Positions 37,597-49,793 of a stretch of 64,000 nucleotides of DNA are shown here, in pieces. Where the stretch lies: assembly GCF_037042905.1 (NCBI RefSeq), contig NC_087258.1:20088001-20152000 (forward strand), written 5' to 3'. Below the pieces are notes generated by a model. It was not told where the DNA came from, ran no database searches, and saw only the letters and a program-made list of their open reading frames with translations. The stretch is from Lytechinus pictus. Its lineage: Eukaryota. Numbering within the stretch: position 1 is the stretch's first letter; every line of letters starts with the position of its first letter. The translations under genes and the position numbers were made by a program.

Positions 37597-38599
37597 GCAA
37601 TTGAGATACACACCTGAAAGTTGACCCTGAGTCAACCGACTTGAAGTCAATTTACTCAGAGTCATGTTCAGGACTTAGAATTTTTTTGAGCTCAGAGAGT
37701 GTACTGCGGGCGGCAACGGAGTGCTATATCACGATTGCAGTTTCTTTCAGTTGATTTTTCTAACATGTTGTCTGTTTTCTTCATAACTGTTCAACTGGTT
37801 TGAGTTATTGCTTGGTTATTCATCTCTATTTGCGTTTCCTGTATTAATCATAATGCCTTAATAACAAAATAATGAGTCTAGATTTGTCATTGTAATGTTC
37901 CACGCAGAGCGATTAATGTGGGGGTTGTGGTCGCTTATTAGAACAGCCACTATACGTACGTGCATAGACCTACTGCGTACTCTGCGGAGCGAGAGCCGAT
38001 TTTGAGTAATTGTGTAGTCTTATTCCAGGAATAAATAAATAAGTAAAATAATAATTATAACAATGCTCTAAAATTTTTTGGTTTTGTTTTTGTTGTTCAA
38101 ACTGTGGTGTGATATTATGGTTCGACGCTTATTTTCCAAGATTCGTCAATTTTGACATCCAATAAAGTGTACTGACATGGCGTAGGCCTACTTCTGGTAG
38201 GGTTTGTGTCTTTGTGGGGCGCGCTGCTGTTCCCCCATCCCCCCCCCCCATCCCCCATATTTTCTTCAAAAGGTTTGTGTGTGTATGTGTGTGAGTGTGT
38301 GTGTGTGTGTTTGTGTGCCAACCACTGGGCGTACTCCCCCTGTTCGGCGGCCAAAAAAAAAAGAAAAGAAAAGAAAATTAACTCAATCGTATAAAGTATA
38401 GATATCAAAGTAGACAATCAATAGACAAAATAAATATCAAAATAGACAAATTCGAAATAGACGATGAAGGTCCTTATACTTTTTCGTAAAGGGTGTATAT
38501 TTGTCTCCCAAATGTTATTAGGTAATCTTTATTATCCAACAAGAGATAGAATACGGAAACAAATAGAATTCTTGGGAAAAAAAAGTCACATCTTTACTC

Positions 38600-38825
38600 T
38601 TGTAATTATTCTGTAATTTTAGGAAGGGATTTCAATATAATTCTAAATGAGTCTTTTGATTACATGGGACCTAAAACTCACTCACAGACTAGGTTTTCAA
38701 GTAGCTTGGACCTGTTTCTTAAGAAATGTGATTTGTCAGATATATGGAGGAAAAGAAACCCAAGCAGGAAACAATACACTTTTAGGCAAAAGAGCCCACC
38801 AGTACAAACACACTTAGATTATAGG
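38600..38825 (+). pseudogene. L1/Tx1-type LINE endonuclease fragment inside the TIR element
   Basis: Translates VILGRDFN...DLSDIWRKRNPSRKQYTFRQKSPPVQTHLDY, matching the APE motifs GDFN / D.WR..NP....YT / RLDY. Confidence 0.7.
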
Positions 38826-39049
38826 TTTGAATCTCATCATCAAACAAAAACAAAATGGCATGAGGTAGTATGATACATGTCAGGCTAAATTAAATGTCTC
38901 TAGACGTAATGTACTTAAATGAAAACTCATTTAGTTAGCCATAACCTCAAATTAAGTTAATACTACCCAAATAAACCTCAAGTCATCTTACAAAACCATG
39001 TCATCACTCTCAGTCGATTATAAGTCGATTATAACAGGTTGTTTTATTT

Positions 39050-39930
39050 TCAGTTTTATGCAAAACATAATATGAACTGCCTCCCCCCACCAAAAAAAAA
39101 TTACCTAGACAGGATATGGAATATGGTAATGTTTACTAGACATGAAAATCCATCAAGGGAGCCTTAACAACTTCAAGTAAAGTAAGTACTACAAGGTACT
39201 AAAAAAGAAAATACATACAAAAATGTATACATTAAGACATGGACAGGATATTGGAATAAAGTAATGTTATCTAGTCCTGAAAATCCACAAAGTGAGCCAT
39301 AATAACTTCAGGTAAGGTAAATACCACCTTTATTGACCTCAGGTAAGCAACATAAAACATATCATTACTTTGATTCGATTTTAATAAGGTATATAGTCAC
39401 ACGGCAGAGGTTGTTTTATTTTCAGCTTCCTGCTAAAGTAAGATACCAACTGCTCTACCCCCCCAAAAAAAATTATATTAAGATATGGACAGGATATTGG
39501 AATAAGGTAATCTTATCTATTCCTGAAAATCCACAAAGTGAGCCATAATAACTTGAGGTAAGATGAACACCACCATTATTGACCTCAAGTCAGCAAACTA
39601 AAACATATCATCACTTTGAGTCGATTTTAATGAGGGATATCTTACTTTAGATACTTTATATATTTTAGGTCAGTTTCACGCTAAAGTAAGATACCAACTG
39701 CTCCACCCCCCAAAAAAAAAATTATATTAAGATATGGACAGGATATTGGAATAAGGTAATCTTATCTATTCCTGAAAATCCACAAAGAGAGTCATAACAA
39801 CTTGAGGTAAGATGAACACCACCATTATTGACCTCAAGTCCGCTAAGTAAAACATATCACTTTGAATCGATTATATTAAGGGATATAAGGTAATGTAATC
39901 TATTCCTGAAAATCCAGAAAGAGAGTCATA
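39050..39930. repeat. Degenerate ~250-bp tandem repeats inside the TIR element
   Basis: GGACAGGATATTGGAATAA.GTAAT.TTATCTA.TCCTGAAAATCCACAAAG recurs at ~39241, ~39487 and ~39737. Confidence 0.75.
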
Positions 39931-41079
39931 ACAACACACAGTCCCATTCGCACGAAATCGCGTGGGCATTGCTGCGTTAAGTCTCCATGCTGCAGAACTA
40001 CTGGCGAGGAATGTGCGTCATTAAATATCAACCCCCCCCCAAATAAAAAATAAATAAATAAATAAATGAATAAATGGGAAAAAATAGTATGAGTAGGTAT
40101 GATACGTGGATGTCGGACATGCCGGGATAAATTAAATGTCTCTAGACAATGTACACACATGAAAACCATAAAGTGACCCAAAACTTCAAGTAAAGTTAAT
40201 ACTACCCACAAAACCCTCAAGTCATCTAATAAAAAAACATGTCATCACTTTTAGTCAGTTACATGAAGGAATATAATCACACGACTGAGGTTGTTTTATA
40301 AACAGTTTTATGCAAAATCATGGTATCAATTCCCCCCCCCCCCCCCGCTGGAAAAAAAAAGTAATAGACAGGGTATGGGATGAGGTATGTTATCTAAACA
40401 TGAAAATCCATCAAGTTAGCATTAAAAGCATGGAAATAAGTACATCTCATTTTAACACACGTGTTTATAATACAAACAGAACATACACCCCCCCCCACAC
40501 ACACACACACACACAAACTCAATGATGGCACACACACAGATGTATACACAAACACATACACACACAGACACAAACACATACACCCTGACAGACACACAGG
40601 CACATGCACACACACAAACTTTAAGTTTACGTTTTGGAGTAAATATGGGGTAACTGCAGCCCTGAAAACCCTACTAATCTAGGCCTCAGTACACTTAATT
40701 GGATGTAATCCAAATTGAATTGAATGAACAAATATTTTGGTGATTAATCTTGGAACCATATTATTCAACTACAAAAAAAAATCAAAATTTTACTCTTTTT
40801 TTTTCTTAGTTATTTATTCGTTCCTGGAATAAGACTACACTATTTCACAAAATCAGCTCTCGCTCCGCAGAACACACATCAGGTCTATGAATGTACGTAG
40901 TGGCTGTTCTAATAAGCGATCACACCCCCAACTGTGTTTCCCATCGTGAAAGCACTCCATTGCCGCCCGTAGTACACTCTCCGAGCTCAAAAAAATTTCT
41001 AAGTTCTGAACATGACCCTGAGTCAATGACTTCAAGTCGGTTGACTCAGGGTCGACTTTCAGGTGTGAATCTCCATTGC

Positions 41080-41115
<36 letters not shown>

Positions 41116-41117
<2 letters not shown>

Positions 41118-41197
41118 ACAAAATACAAGGTGAATAAAACAACCGTAGAGAGAAAACTTAGATCAAATTTTCGCCCATAGGGCTTCATCAGGAAATC
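41116..41197 (-). ncRNA. Second 80-bp hammerhead-core module between (TA)n tracts
   Basis: Minus strand CUGAUGA-A-GCCC-UAU-GGGC-GAAA (41169-41191); near-identical to 31538-31617. Confidence 0.55.
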
Positions 41198-41404
41198 ATA
41201 TATATATATATAGTGGATACGCAGATAGCCTGTCCTACACGAATGACCAACCAAGACGGAAAAGAAAAGAAAAAACAGGCAGCGTAATATTATCTGGTTT
41301 AACCCACCATTCAGCAAGAACGTATCAACCAATATCGGCTGCATCTTCTTAAAGCTGGTCGACAAACACTTCCCAAAGAAATCCAAACTCAATCGCATCT
41401 TTAA

Positions 41405-41987
41405 AGGAGAATGAAACCCTTGAAACCAGCTGAATCCATATCAAAGAGAAAAATCAAAGGAACACATTGTTGAAAGTTTGAGGAAGATTGAATGAATAAT
41501 AAGAAAGTTATGAGCATTTGAATATTGAGATCACTAGTGCCATGTAGATCCTCCCATTGGCAATGCGACCAAGATCTGTGATGTCACACACGTACAACTC
41601 TCCCATTTGGACACTGAAAATATACCCCAAAACATTTCTTTTTGCTCATTCTAATCATATGACAAACGATTCATCAATGATATAATGTTGTGAAACCTCT
41701 GTACTTGTCATCTCATAAAGAGAACACCTCACCTTGTGATAGACTCTATAAAAGTGAGAATATAAATGAAATAAGTACTAAAGTAATGAGGGAGTTGTAC
41801 GTGTGTGATATCACAGATCTTGGTCGCATTGCCGATGGGAGGATCTACATGGCACTAGTGATCTCAATATTCAAATGCTCATAACTTTCTTATTATTCAT
41901 TCAATCTTCCTCAAACTTTCAACAATGTGTTCCTTTGATTTTTCTCTTTGATATGGATTCAGCTGGTTTCAAGGGTTTCATTCTCCT
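41405..41987. mobile_element. Kolobok-like MITE, TTAA TSD, ~200-bp TIRs
   Basis: TTAA-AGGAGAATGAAACCCTTGAAACCAGC...GCTGGTTTCAAGGGTTTCATTCTCCT-TTAA. Excision restores R-I-F-N-R-N of the Penelope ORF. Confidence 0.92.
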
Positions 41988-42219
41988 TTAATAGAAACAC
42001 GCTCAAAGTGAGTTACAGCTGCATGCCGAACGTCGCCAGCATCATCAAAACTCACAACAAGCAAGCCCTGAAGGTAGACAATAAGTCAAACAGCAAAACA
42101 TGCAACTGCCGGAAAAAAGACCTCTGCCCTCTCCAAAGGAATTGCTTGGCTACCAACGTCATCTACAACGCGGAAGTAACAACCCCAGACAAGAGGATGA
42201 CCAACATTGGCCTCACGGA

Positions 42220-42779
42220 CCCGGGGGGGGGGGGGCCACTTACATTGACGAGTGGATACCATGCGCGACCCCAAAAACACGTAAAAAGGATGTCTTTTTC
42301 AAGATAGGGCACGTTACGTACGTAACGTGATAAGGGTGTCAAAAACACAAAAATAATGAAAAAAGGGTATCTATATATTTCGCTAGGAAAGTTACGTGTT
42401 TAGGGTCAAATTAGCGGGGATGATAAAACAAAATTAAAATGTTTTATAAAAGATGTCCTTTTTGCCCAAACACTACGTGTTTAGAGTCCGATTTGCGCGA
42501 GGTGTGGAAGTGGGATCGTACTAAACCAAATAAAAACCGACGACCTAAGGACCCGTGACATAACAATAAAATATTCCTGTACTTGTTTAGGGGCTCATTT
42601 CAGGGAATATTTGCCAAGGGTATGGTTTTGTTCCCAATACTTGTTAAGGGTAGGATTTCACACGCCAATACCTCTTTAGGGGTGCATTTTCAGAATATGG
42701 AAATTACGTGTTTAGGGTGCTTTTCGAGACCCCATGGTCGCGCATGGTATCCACTCGTCAATGGAAGTGGCCCCCCGGG
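42220..42779. mobile_element. MITE with CCCGGG termini and 8-bp TSD
   Basis: TIR CCCGGG(G)nCCACTT.CATTGACGAGTGGATACCATGCGCGACC; TSD CTCACGGA (42212-42219 and 42780-42787). Excision restores I-G-L-T-E. Confidence 0.92.
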
Positions 42780-43411
42780 CTCACGGAGCCCCCCTTCAAG
42801 TCCACATACTATAACCACCTCCAATCCTTCCGACACGAACGGTACCAGAACAGCACGGAACTGTCGAAGTTCATCTGGGACCTGAAACGATGCGACACGC
42901 CTTATACCATCAAGTGGTCCATCGCCAGCCATGCGCAAGCATACTCCAACGAGACAAAGAGATGTGACCTGTGCCTCACCGAAAAACGTCTCATTATGAA
43001 CGCTGATAAACTGCTGAACAAACGCCCAGAACTCGTTTCGAAATGCCGCCACCAAAACAAGTTCAAGTTATGCAATTTCAAAGACAATCTTCCGTAATCA
43101 CCATGCACGCACATCGTATAATGCAGTGACATCACCAATACTAGTGATGCAGCCTTTGTAGGCATAATTTTCATTTTCACTTTCATTATTATAAATTCTA
43201 TGGCATCTCATCTTATTATCGATTAATCGATCAACCACCCATCGCGGAGTATCGATTATTTGAAAAACATTTGAAAAACATTCAAATCATAAAAACCTCA
43301 GCGCGCACTGGTTACCTAGTTTCCTGCGCCCAGTATGTGCGTGTTTGGTGTAACGCGCTCCGCGCGATCGCGACATGCGCGCACTGTTCAATGGTATTGA
43401 AAAGTTTTATC

Positions 43412-43465
43412 AGTTGCCTGAAGATCGCACCTCACGTAGGTTGCGTGAAACTCAGAGTTGCAATT
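43412..43465 (+). ncRNA. Type I minimal hammerhead ribozyme in the Penelope 3' end
   Basis: Stem I AGUUGC/GCAAUU; core CUGAAGA; stem II CGCACCU/AGGUUGCG; GAAA; short stem III ACUC-A-GAGU; cleavage triplet GUU (43457-43459). Confidence 0.8.
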
Positions 43466-45040
43466 AAATTTGATGAACCTCCAGTCAACCTTGTGAACTT
43501 GTGTTTATTATATATATATATATATACATGTATATACAATGTACAATCACACAAATGTAAATGATACAGTTCCTTTCTTTTAGTTATATGGTTGATTATT
43601 CTCACATTGGTTATTCATGTCAATTTTCCGTTGAGTCATATGCATGCTAAACATTCAGTGATCGAGACTCTTTCATCGGGGATAGCTGGGATCATGAGGT
43701 GGAGAAGAGAGTGAGATAGAGACAGGAAGAGAGAGTGCATGAGAGGGAGAGGTAGGCAAGAAAGAAAAGAGAAAAGGGGTAAAACCTATTTGAAATTAGT
43801 AGTCAGATTAAAATTAAATCCGGTAAGAATCGTTCATTGTTTAAACATGGTTCAATTCGACACGTCTAGACTTCATCACGAACTATTCTTCATCACGAAC
43901 TCAGTAATAAAGATCGATTCTGCTGAGTGCACTTGTCACGCCATTACCAGTAGGCGCTAGCCAATTCATTTGTTTCTATGCCATTCTTCTCCCGTCTACC
44001 ACTTATACGGTACCACGCCTCTTTGATTCCTTTTGGCCTTGCTTGTCCTTCTGTATCGACATCATATTTTCTTCATCTCGACGTATTGCTATTGTTCTGA
44101 TCAAGCAGCTTGAAATGGAAAAGCCTGTGTGACTTTGGAGATTATTTGAGACAATCAAACACGAGCAGACTTTGATATTTAAAAATTGTCAAGATCAAAC
44201 GCTATACAAATTAATATCGTCATGAAGCAGACTGTCTACAAAGTCGTGACAACTTTGCGATATTACCCAGTTTGATAAATTCTTCTCGAAGCTAGGTTAC
44301 CTGAGAACTTTATTCCCAACCGTAATGTTGCCTATACCATTCCAAACATGACAGATGTGCTAAACTTGCATGGGTCTCGCTGTACAGTGTCAATTATCGA
44401 CATTCCGTATTCAATTTAAACTTCTTATAGGAGAGTGGTAAATGGTGGACAATTCTGTTTCTGTTTATGGTAACTCCCGTAGAACTCGGCAGGACAGCGT
44501 TTTTGCTGGTTAACGCCAAGCTGGTATATAACCAATTACCTATGAAACATTTTACGTCTAGGTTAACCAGTCATAATGGCTGACCTCATAGACGACAGAT
44601 ATTACTCTCGGGCCTGTTTATAAAAGTGGAGACAATGGCAGAGTGGAGATTCGTACTCACAACCTTGCGATTATGAGTCCAATGCTCTTACTACTGGACC
44701 ACACAACCCGTGAATTGATTTCTAATGACATGTACAGCAGCGTAACTTGGAGAGCAAGCAAGCCATGTTATGCACAGCTAGACTGACAATCTTTACAGAA
44801 CACCAATGCATCTACACAACCAGAACAGTTACTGCTTCTCTTCTGGACACATTCTCATTCTGGTACCGGTATCAGTTCACCTGGTAAATAATGCCCTTCC
44901 ATTAAAGAAACACCATAGGAATCTTAAAACTGAGTTTATCGTCTGATCATTCTGCAATGAATATTGATGTCATAGTTTGACAGATGCAGGAAAGTCCGTA
45001 GAGGTCTTTACCATTAAATTCTGTAACGGGTGTCATCAAA

Positions 45041-46000
45041 ATGGGCGAAGTTATGGACCAAGCTGTTTTTGTTAATCACCAGTTTGCTGGCAAAATACTG
45101 ATGGCGTGCATTTCTCCACTTTTCCCATTCATCATCATCAGCAACGCATTATTGATTTTGATAGTTTACAGGAATCACAGCCTCCGTACACCAACGAATA
45201 CCATCGTTGCGAGTCTTGCCTTTTCAAGTTTCCTTGACGCCCTTGTCGGACTTCCGCTGAATACGTATGGAGTTGTATTTAAGATAGAAGAGGCGTGCAC
45301 AGGTGATGAAGATACTCTGTATTACTTGCCCCTGCAAATAATAGCAGGTGTTTCGTTTGGCCACATTGTAGCGTTGACTGCTGATCGATACATTGCTGTT
45401 ACAAAACCGTTACGCTATGTTCAGATAGTGACGCTGAGGCGCATTGCAATCGTATTGGGATTTTTCTGGATTCTCAGTACGTTGCTGAACAGCGTTCGAT
45501 ATGTTGGATTAAAACTTGAAACAAACTCGACAATCCTGGATAGCAATAAAACAATATGTGGTATGCCCTATTCTGGATCAACGACTTTAACCTTCGGATG
45601 GCTGCTTTTGTGGGTAATCATGGTCTTGATGGTCGCGCTACCTGTTATCAATATTTTGCTACTTCGCATTGCGATGAAGCAAGCGAGAAAAATTGCAATT
45701 CAGAGAGTGGTGATAGGTCTCCGCCAAGATCAACCTCTTGCTCAAAATGACCGGTTGAAGGCATTAAAAACAATATCGCTTGTTGTGTCACTCTTCGTAA
45801 TCTTCTGGTTTCCCTTTCCTCTGCATCTCGTTTGGCGGCTTACGACGTTCATGTCACCTCTAACATTTTCAGTATATAATCATTGCTTTCTTGTGTGGCA
45901 TACAATCAGTTTGATTGTTAATCCCATATTGTATGGTTTCAGGGATCGGGCTTTTCGAAGAGGCTTTCAAAATATCTTGCGTCAATGTAGGGCGCCGTAG
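45041..46000 (+). CDS. GPCR cluster copy 4 (intact, 319 aa)
   Basis: 7TM ORF, DRY, FWFP, NPILY. Confidence 0.94.
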   Translation: MGEVMDQAVFVNHQFAGKILMACISPLFPFIIISNALLILIVYRNHSLRTPTNTIVASLAFSSFLDALVGLPLNTYGVVFKIEEACTGDEDTLYYLPLQIIAGVSFGHIVALTADRYIAVTKPLRYVQIVTLRRIAIVLGFFWILSTLLNSVRYVGLKLETNSTILDSNKTICGMPYSGSTTLTFGWLLLWVIMVLMVALPVINILLLRIAMKQARKIAIQRVVIGLRQDQPLAQNDRLKALKTISLVVSLFVIFWFPFPLHLVWRLTTFMSPLTFSVYNHCFLVWHTISLIVNPILYGFRDRAFRRGFQNILRQCRAP

Positions 46001-47161
46001 TAATAATCCATTCGCACACTCTCGAGGCTTATTGTACAATATCACATCGGGTTATGTTGTCCAGTCGGACAATCGCGTAATCCGCATATTGCAGAAAAGG
46101 GCTCCCTAAATTCCCGAAAGTCAGGTCCTGTTTACCCGGCCCTTTGTGAAAATCATCAGTCAAGTATACGAATGTTCGGGTTCAATTTACCCCATGTTTT
46201 GTGAAAATTGTAATAATAATAATGATAATAATAATAAAAATACTCAATTTTTATATAGCGCAAATTACAGCTAAGTCTCTTAGCGCTCTAAAAGTTAGTA
46301 TAAGAAAGAAAGATGGAGAGAGAAAGAAAAAGAAAAACACTCATATTGAACCTAAATACACCATTAAAAATAACCTTAAAACATCATTATACACTATTTG
46401 AGACTGAATTTTGAGGATTTTGAACTAAATAATGCACCATTAGGAAATTTGAATTTATCTTTGGAAAAGGTAACGCTTTAACATAAATTTAAAAAGATCA
46501 AGATAAGGGACTAAGAATATTGAAATGCTCTTTGCCCATGTGACATTTTATTTACATTTAGGGGAATGAACATCTTTCTGTTAGTTCAAGGTAGTTACCT
46601 AACTGGGTGATACTCATTGAGAAGCTGTTGTAAGTATTAAGGGACCACTTTATGCTGAGATTTAAAAGCAATTACAAGAAGTTTAAAAATCAATCTTTCA
46701 CTGATAACCAATATAAGCTGCAAAGTATAGGAGAAACTGATTCTCGATACCGTTTTTAGTGACAACCCTGGCAGCAGACATATCTTGTTCATATGACAAG
46801 ACAATGTCAATTGACTATCAATCATAAACCCTAGGTTCCTAGCACACTTTACCGGCTAGAGATTGGATTGATTGGAAGAGACAGGAGGAAGAAAACTTCT
46901 TGTTCGATGACGGGAAGACAGGTGAAGAAGTTAAGTTTTTCCTTCATTGATTGAAAGTCTATTTGCAGATGACCAGGGGCGGATCCAGGATTTTCCAAAA
47001 GGGCGGGGGGCAAATTTTGTGGAGGAAAATTTTGACAAGCCAAAAAAAAAAGTTTTCAACCACAATTTAAGAATATTTCGTACCAGCAAAACAATTGACA
47101 AGCACAAAAAAAGGCTTCAATTTAAAAGGAGGGGGGCACACCTCTGTTTTTCTTTTCAAAT

Positions 47162-49591
47162 GGGGGGGGGGGGGGGCACGTGCCCCCCCCCCCCCCCCTC
47201 TCCTGGATCCGCGCCTGCAGATGACCATGCCGATATTTCCTGCCGGCACACTCTAGTTTAGCCATCACATTCAATCGGTCATTACGATTAACTACGGCAT
47301 ATACAGCTGAGTGTCGTCAGCATACATATCTAGAGTGACCAAATCCGTGTGCCCTGATGATATATTCGAAGGGTGAGAAATACATCGTAAATACAATGGG
47401 GCCCAACGCTGAGCCTTGCGGCACACCTCGTATCAGTACTTGCCTGGAAGATTTCTTTTCTCCAATGACAGAAAGAAGACTGAAAACGGCCGATGATGTA
47501 TGATTCAATCCAATTAAAAGCAACACCAGTGAATTCAAATATGCTGCGCAGCCGACGGAGAAGGATACTTTATGATAAAATGTCATGTCACATATATACA
47601 AAGGGCCGTGTAAACTGGACCAAACCTTTCGGGAATTTAGGTGGCCTTTTTTCCTAATGGTTGGGTTACGCGATTGCCAGACGAGAAGGGATAACCCGAT
47701 GTGATGGCACAGGCCGGAACTCAAAGTTATTTAGTTGTATGAGCTTATTTCATACTTATAAATTGCAAAAACACTTCGTGTCTTCAAGTTTGGTGTTCTT
47801 GCAAGATACTAACTTTGATGACAAGCATCCTTTCATCGTGTACCTTGTAAAGATGGTTCTTTTGTAGAACCTATAAATCATGTTCCAGAGTGTCTTATAC
47901 CACTTTCAGAACTCGCTGGTCCGGACCAGCTCTGGGCTAAGTCGGAAATTTAGAGTTTATGAAAGGCGTGGTCTAAACTAATCCGCGTCGGGAATGGGCT
48001 ATCAAGGTGCTGCTTTTATCAACACCAGACCAGCGCCATCCCTTTTCTGCCCTGGTATTTGAATGGTTGATCATAAAAGTAGCGCTACTCTGCCGTATAG
48101 TTACTGAACGCTCGTGGTGCGGACTATTTTCGACACTATACCAATTATAATTTCCTTTGTCGGGTGAAGGTGGGTTTCGAACAATGACAAAAGAGTTGCC
48201 AAAGCTGTTGTACATGTATACCTTTACACATTTGTATACTTTCTCCCATACGTGTACTGTATCAAAGCAATAGCTTTGATCCAGCTGAAGCATGGCGGCT
48301 TGTCATTGTTCGAAACCCAACTTCACCCGACAAAGCGGAAATTATAATTGGTTTAGTGTCGAAAATCTGTCTATCTGACGGGGGGGGGGGGGGCACGTGC
48401 CCCCCCCCCCCTCCTGGATCCGCGCCTGCAGATGACCATGCCGATATTTCCTGCCGGCACACTCTAGTTTAGCCATCACATTCAATCGGTCATTACGATT
48501 AACTACGGCATATACAGCTTAGTGTCGTCAGCATACATATTTAGAGTGACCAAATCCGTGTGCCCTGATGATATATTCGAAGGGTGAGAAATACATCGTA
48601 AATACATTGGGGCCCAACGCTGAGCCTTGCGGCACACCTCGTATCAGTACTTGCCTGGAAGATTTCTTTTCTCCAATGACAGAAAGAAGACTGAAAACGG
48701 CCGATGATGTATGATTCAATCCAATTAAAAGCAACACCAGTGAATTCAAATATGCTGCGCAGCCGACGGAGAAGGATACTTTGAGATAAAGTGTCATGTC
48801 ACATATATACAAAGGGCCGTGTAAACTGGACCAAACCTTTCGGGAATTTAGGTGGCCTTTTTTCCGAATGGTTGGGTTACGCGATTGCCAGACGAGAAGG
48901 GATAACCCGATGTGATGGCACAGGCCGGAACTCAAAGTTATTTAGTTGTATGAGCTTATTTCATACTTATAAATTGCAAAAACACTTCGTGTCTTCAAGT
49001 TTGGTGTTCTTGCAAGATACTAACTTTGATGACAAGCATCCTTTCATCGTGTACCTTGTAAAGATGGTTCTTTTGTAGAACCTATAAATCATGTTCCAGA
49101 GTGTCTTATACCACTTTCAGAACTCGCTGGTCCGGACCAGCTCTGGGCTAAGTCGGAAATTTAGAGTTTATGAAAGGCGTGGTCTAAACTAATCCGCGTC
49201 GGAAATGGGCTATCAAGGTGCTGCTTTTATCAACACCAGACCAGCGCCATCCCTTTTCTGCCCGGGTATTTGAATGGTTGATCATAAAAGTAGCGCTACT
49301 CTGCCGTATAGTTACTGAACGCTTGTGGTGCGGACTATTTTCGACACTATACCAATTATAATTTCCTTTGTCGGGTGAAGGTGGGTTTCGAACAATGACA
49401 AAAGAGTTGCCAAAGCTGTTGTACATGTATACCTTTACACATTTGTATACTTTCTCCCATACGTGTACTGTATCAAAGCAATAGCTTTGATCCAGCTGAA
49501 GCATGGCGGCTTGTCATTGTTCGAAACCCAACTTCACCTGACAAAGCGGAAATTATAATTGGTTTAGTGTCGAAAATCTGTCTATCTGACG
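47162..49591 (+). repeat. Near-identical tandem duplication, period 1211 bp
   Basis: The block from the poly-G of the hAT MITE to CTATCTGACG repeats. Paired ORFs 47317/48528 and 47973/49184 are offset by 1211. Confidence 0.93.
48126..48366. mobile_element. Small MITE-like inverted-repeat element (duplicate 49337-49577)
   Basis: ATTTTCGACACTATACCAATTATAATTTCC...TTTCGAACAATGACAA is mirrored by TTGTCATTGTTCGAAA...GGAAATTATAATTGGTTTAGTGTCGAAAAT (~65-bp arms). Confidence 0.7.
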
Positions 49592-49626
49592 ATCAATCAG
49601 ATCGGGGTCGCCCTAGCCACTAGCCC

Positions 49627-49698
49627 GTCTCTTTGGTCTAGTGGTTAAGGCACCGGCGTTCAAAGCTGGGGGCCCGGGTTCGATTCCCGGCAGAGACA
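49627..49698 (+). tRNA. tRNA-like cloverleaf, anticodon TCA (49660-49662), second copy
   Basis: Same fold as 31742-31813, loop GT-TCA-AA with canonical U33 and one acceptor mismatch at position 7. T6 terminator at 49699-49704, then the same ~95-nt tail ending in (TA)n. Confidence 0.65.
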
Positions 49699-49793
49699 TT
49701 TTTTCGGCGTCACCAATTTTTCCAAAGGGTAGATAACTCTGGGGAACCTTGATTTAAGCTACGCCTACCATTGTTCTCTTCATCCATTTCTTT

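Larger units (their letters stand above)
37594..41082. mobile_element. 3.5-kb non-autonomous TIR element inserted in (TA)n
   Basis: GCAGCAATTGAGATACACACCTGAAAG... / ...CTTTCAGGTGTGAATCTCCATTGCTGC, ~135-bp outer TIRs plus a second inverted block (~37917-38040 vs ~40810-40930). (TA)n on both sides. Confidence 0.85.
41213..43508 (+). mobile_element. 5'-truncated Penelope-like retroelement (RT C-terminus/linker plus GIY-YIG endonuclease), interrupted by two MITEs
   Basis: Removing the MITEs gives [28 protein letters not shown]...IFNRNTLKVSYSCMPN...CNCRKKDLCPL..NCL..NVIY.A...(N)IGLTE..FK..YYNH..SF...CDLCLTEK..I...LNKRPE..SKCRH, stop at 43097. 3' UTR with a hammerhead; (TA)n both sides. Probably Naiad-like (inference). 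Confidence 0.88.

Noticed and set aside
41213-43097. In-frame UGA (selenocysteine) codons in the Penelope-like fragment
   Set aside because: None was seen in the reconstructed reading frame that is present, so a link to the UCA tRNA is not supported locally.
49627-49698. Selenocysteine tRNA gene
   Set aside because: The anticodon is TCA, but the molecule is 72 nt with a 7/5 fold and short variable loop; tRNA-Sec has an extended acceptor/T arrangement and a long variable arm.
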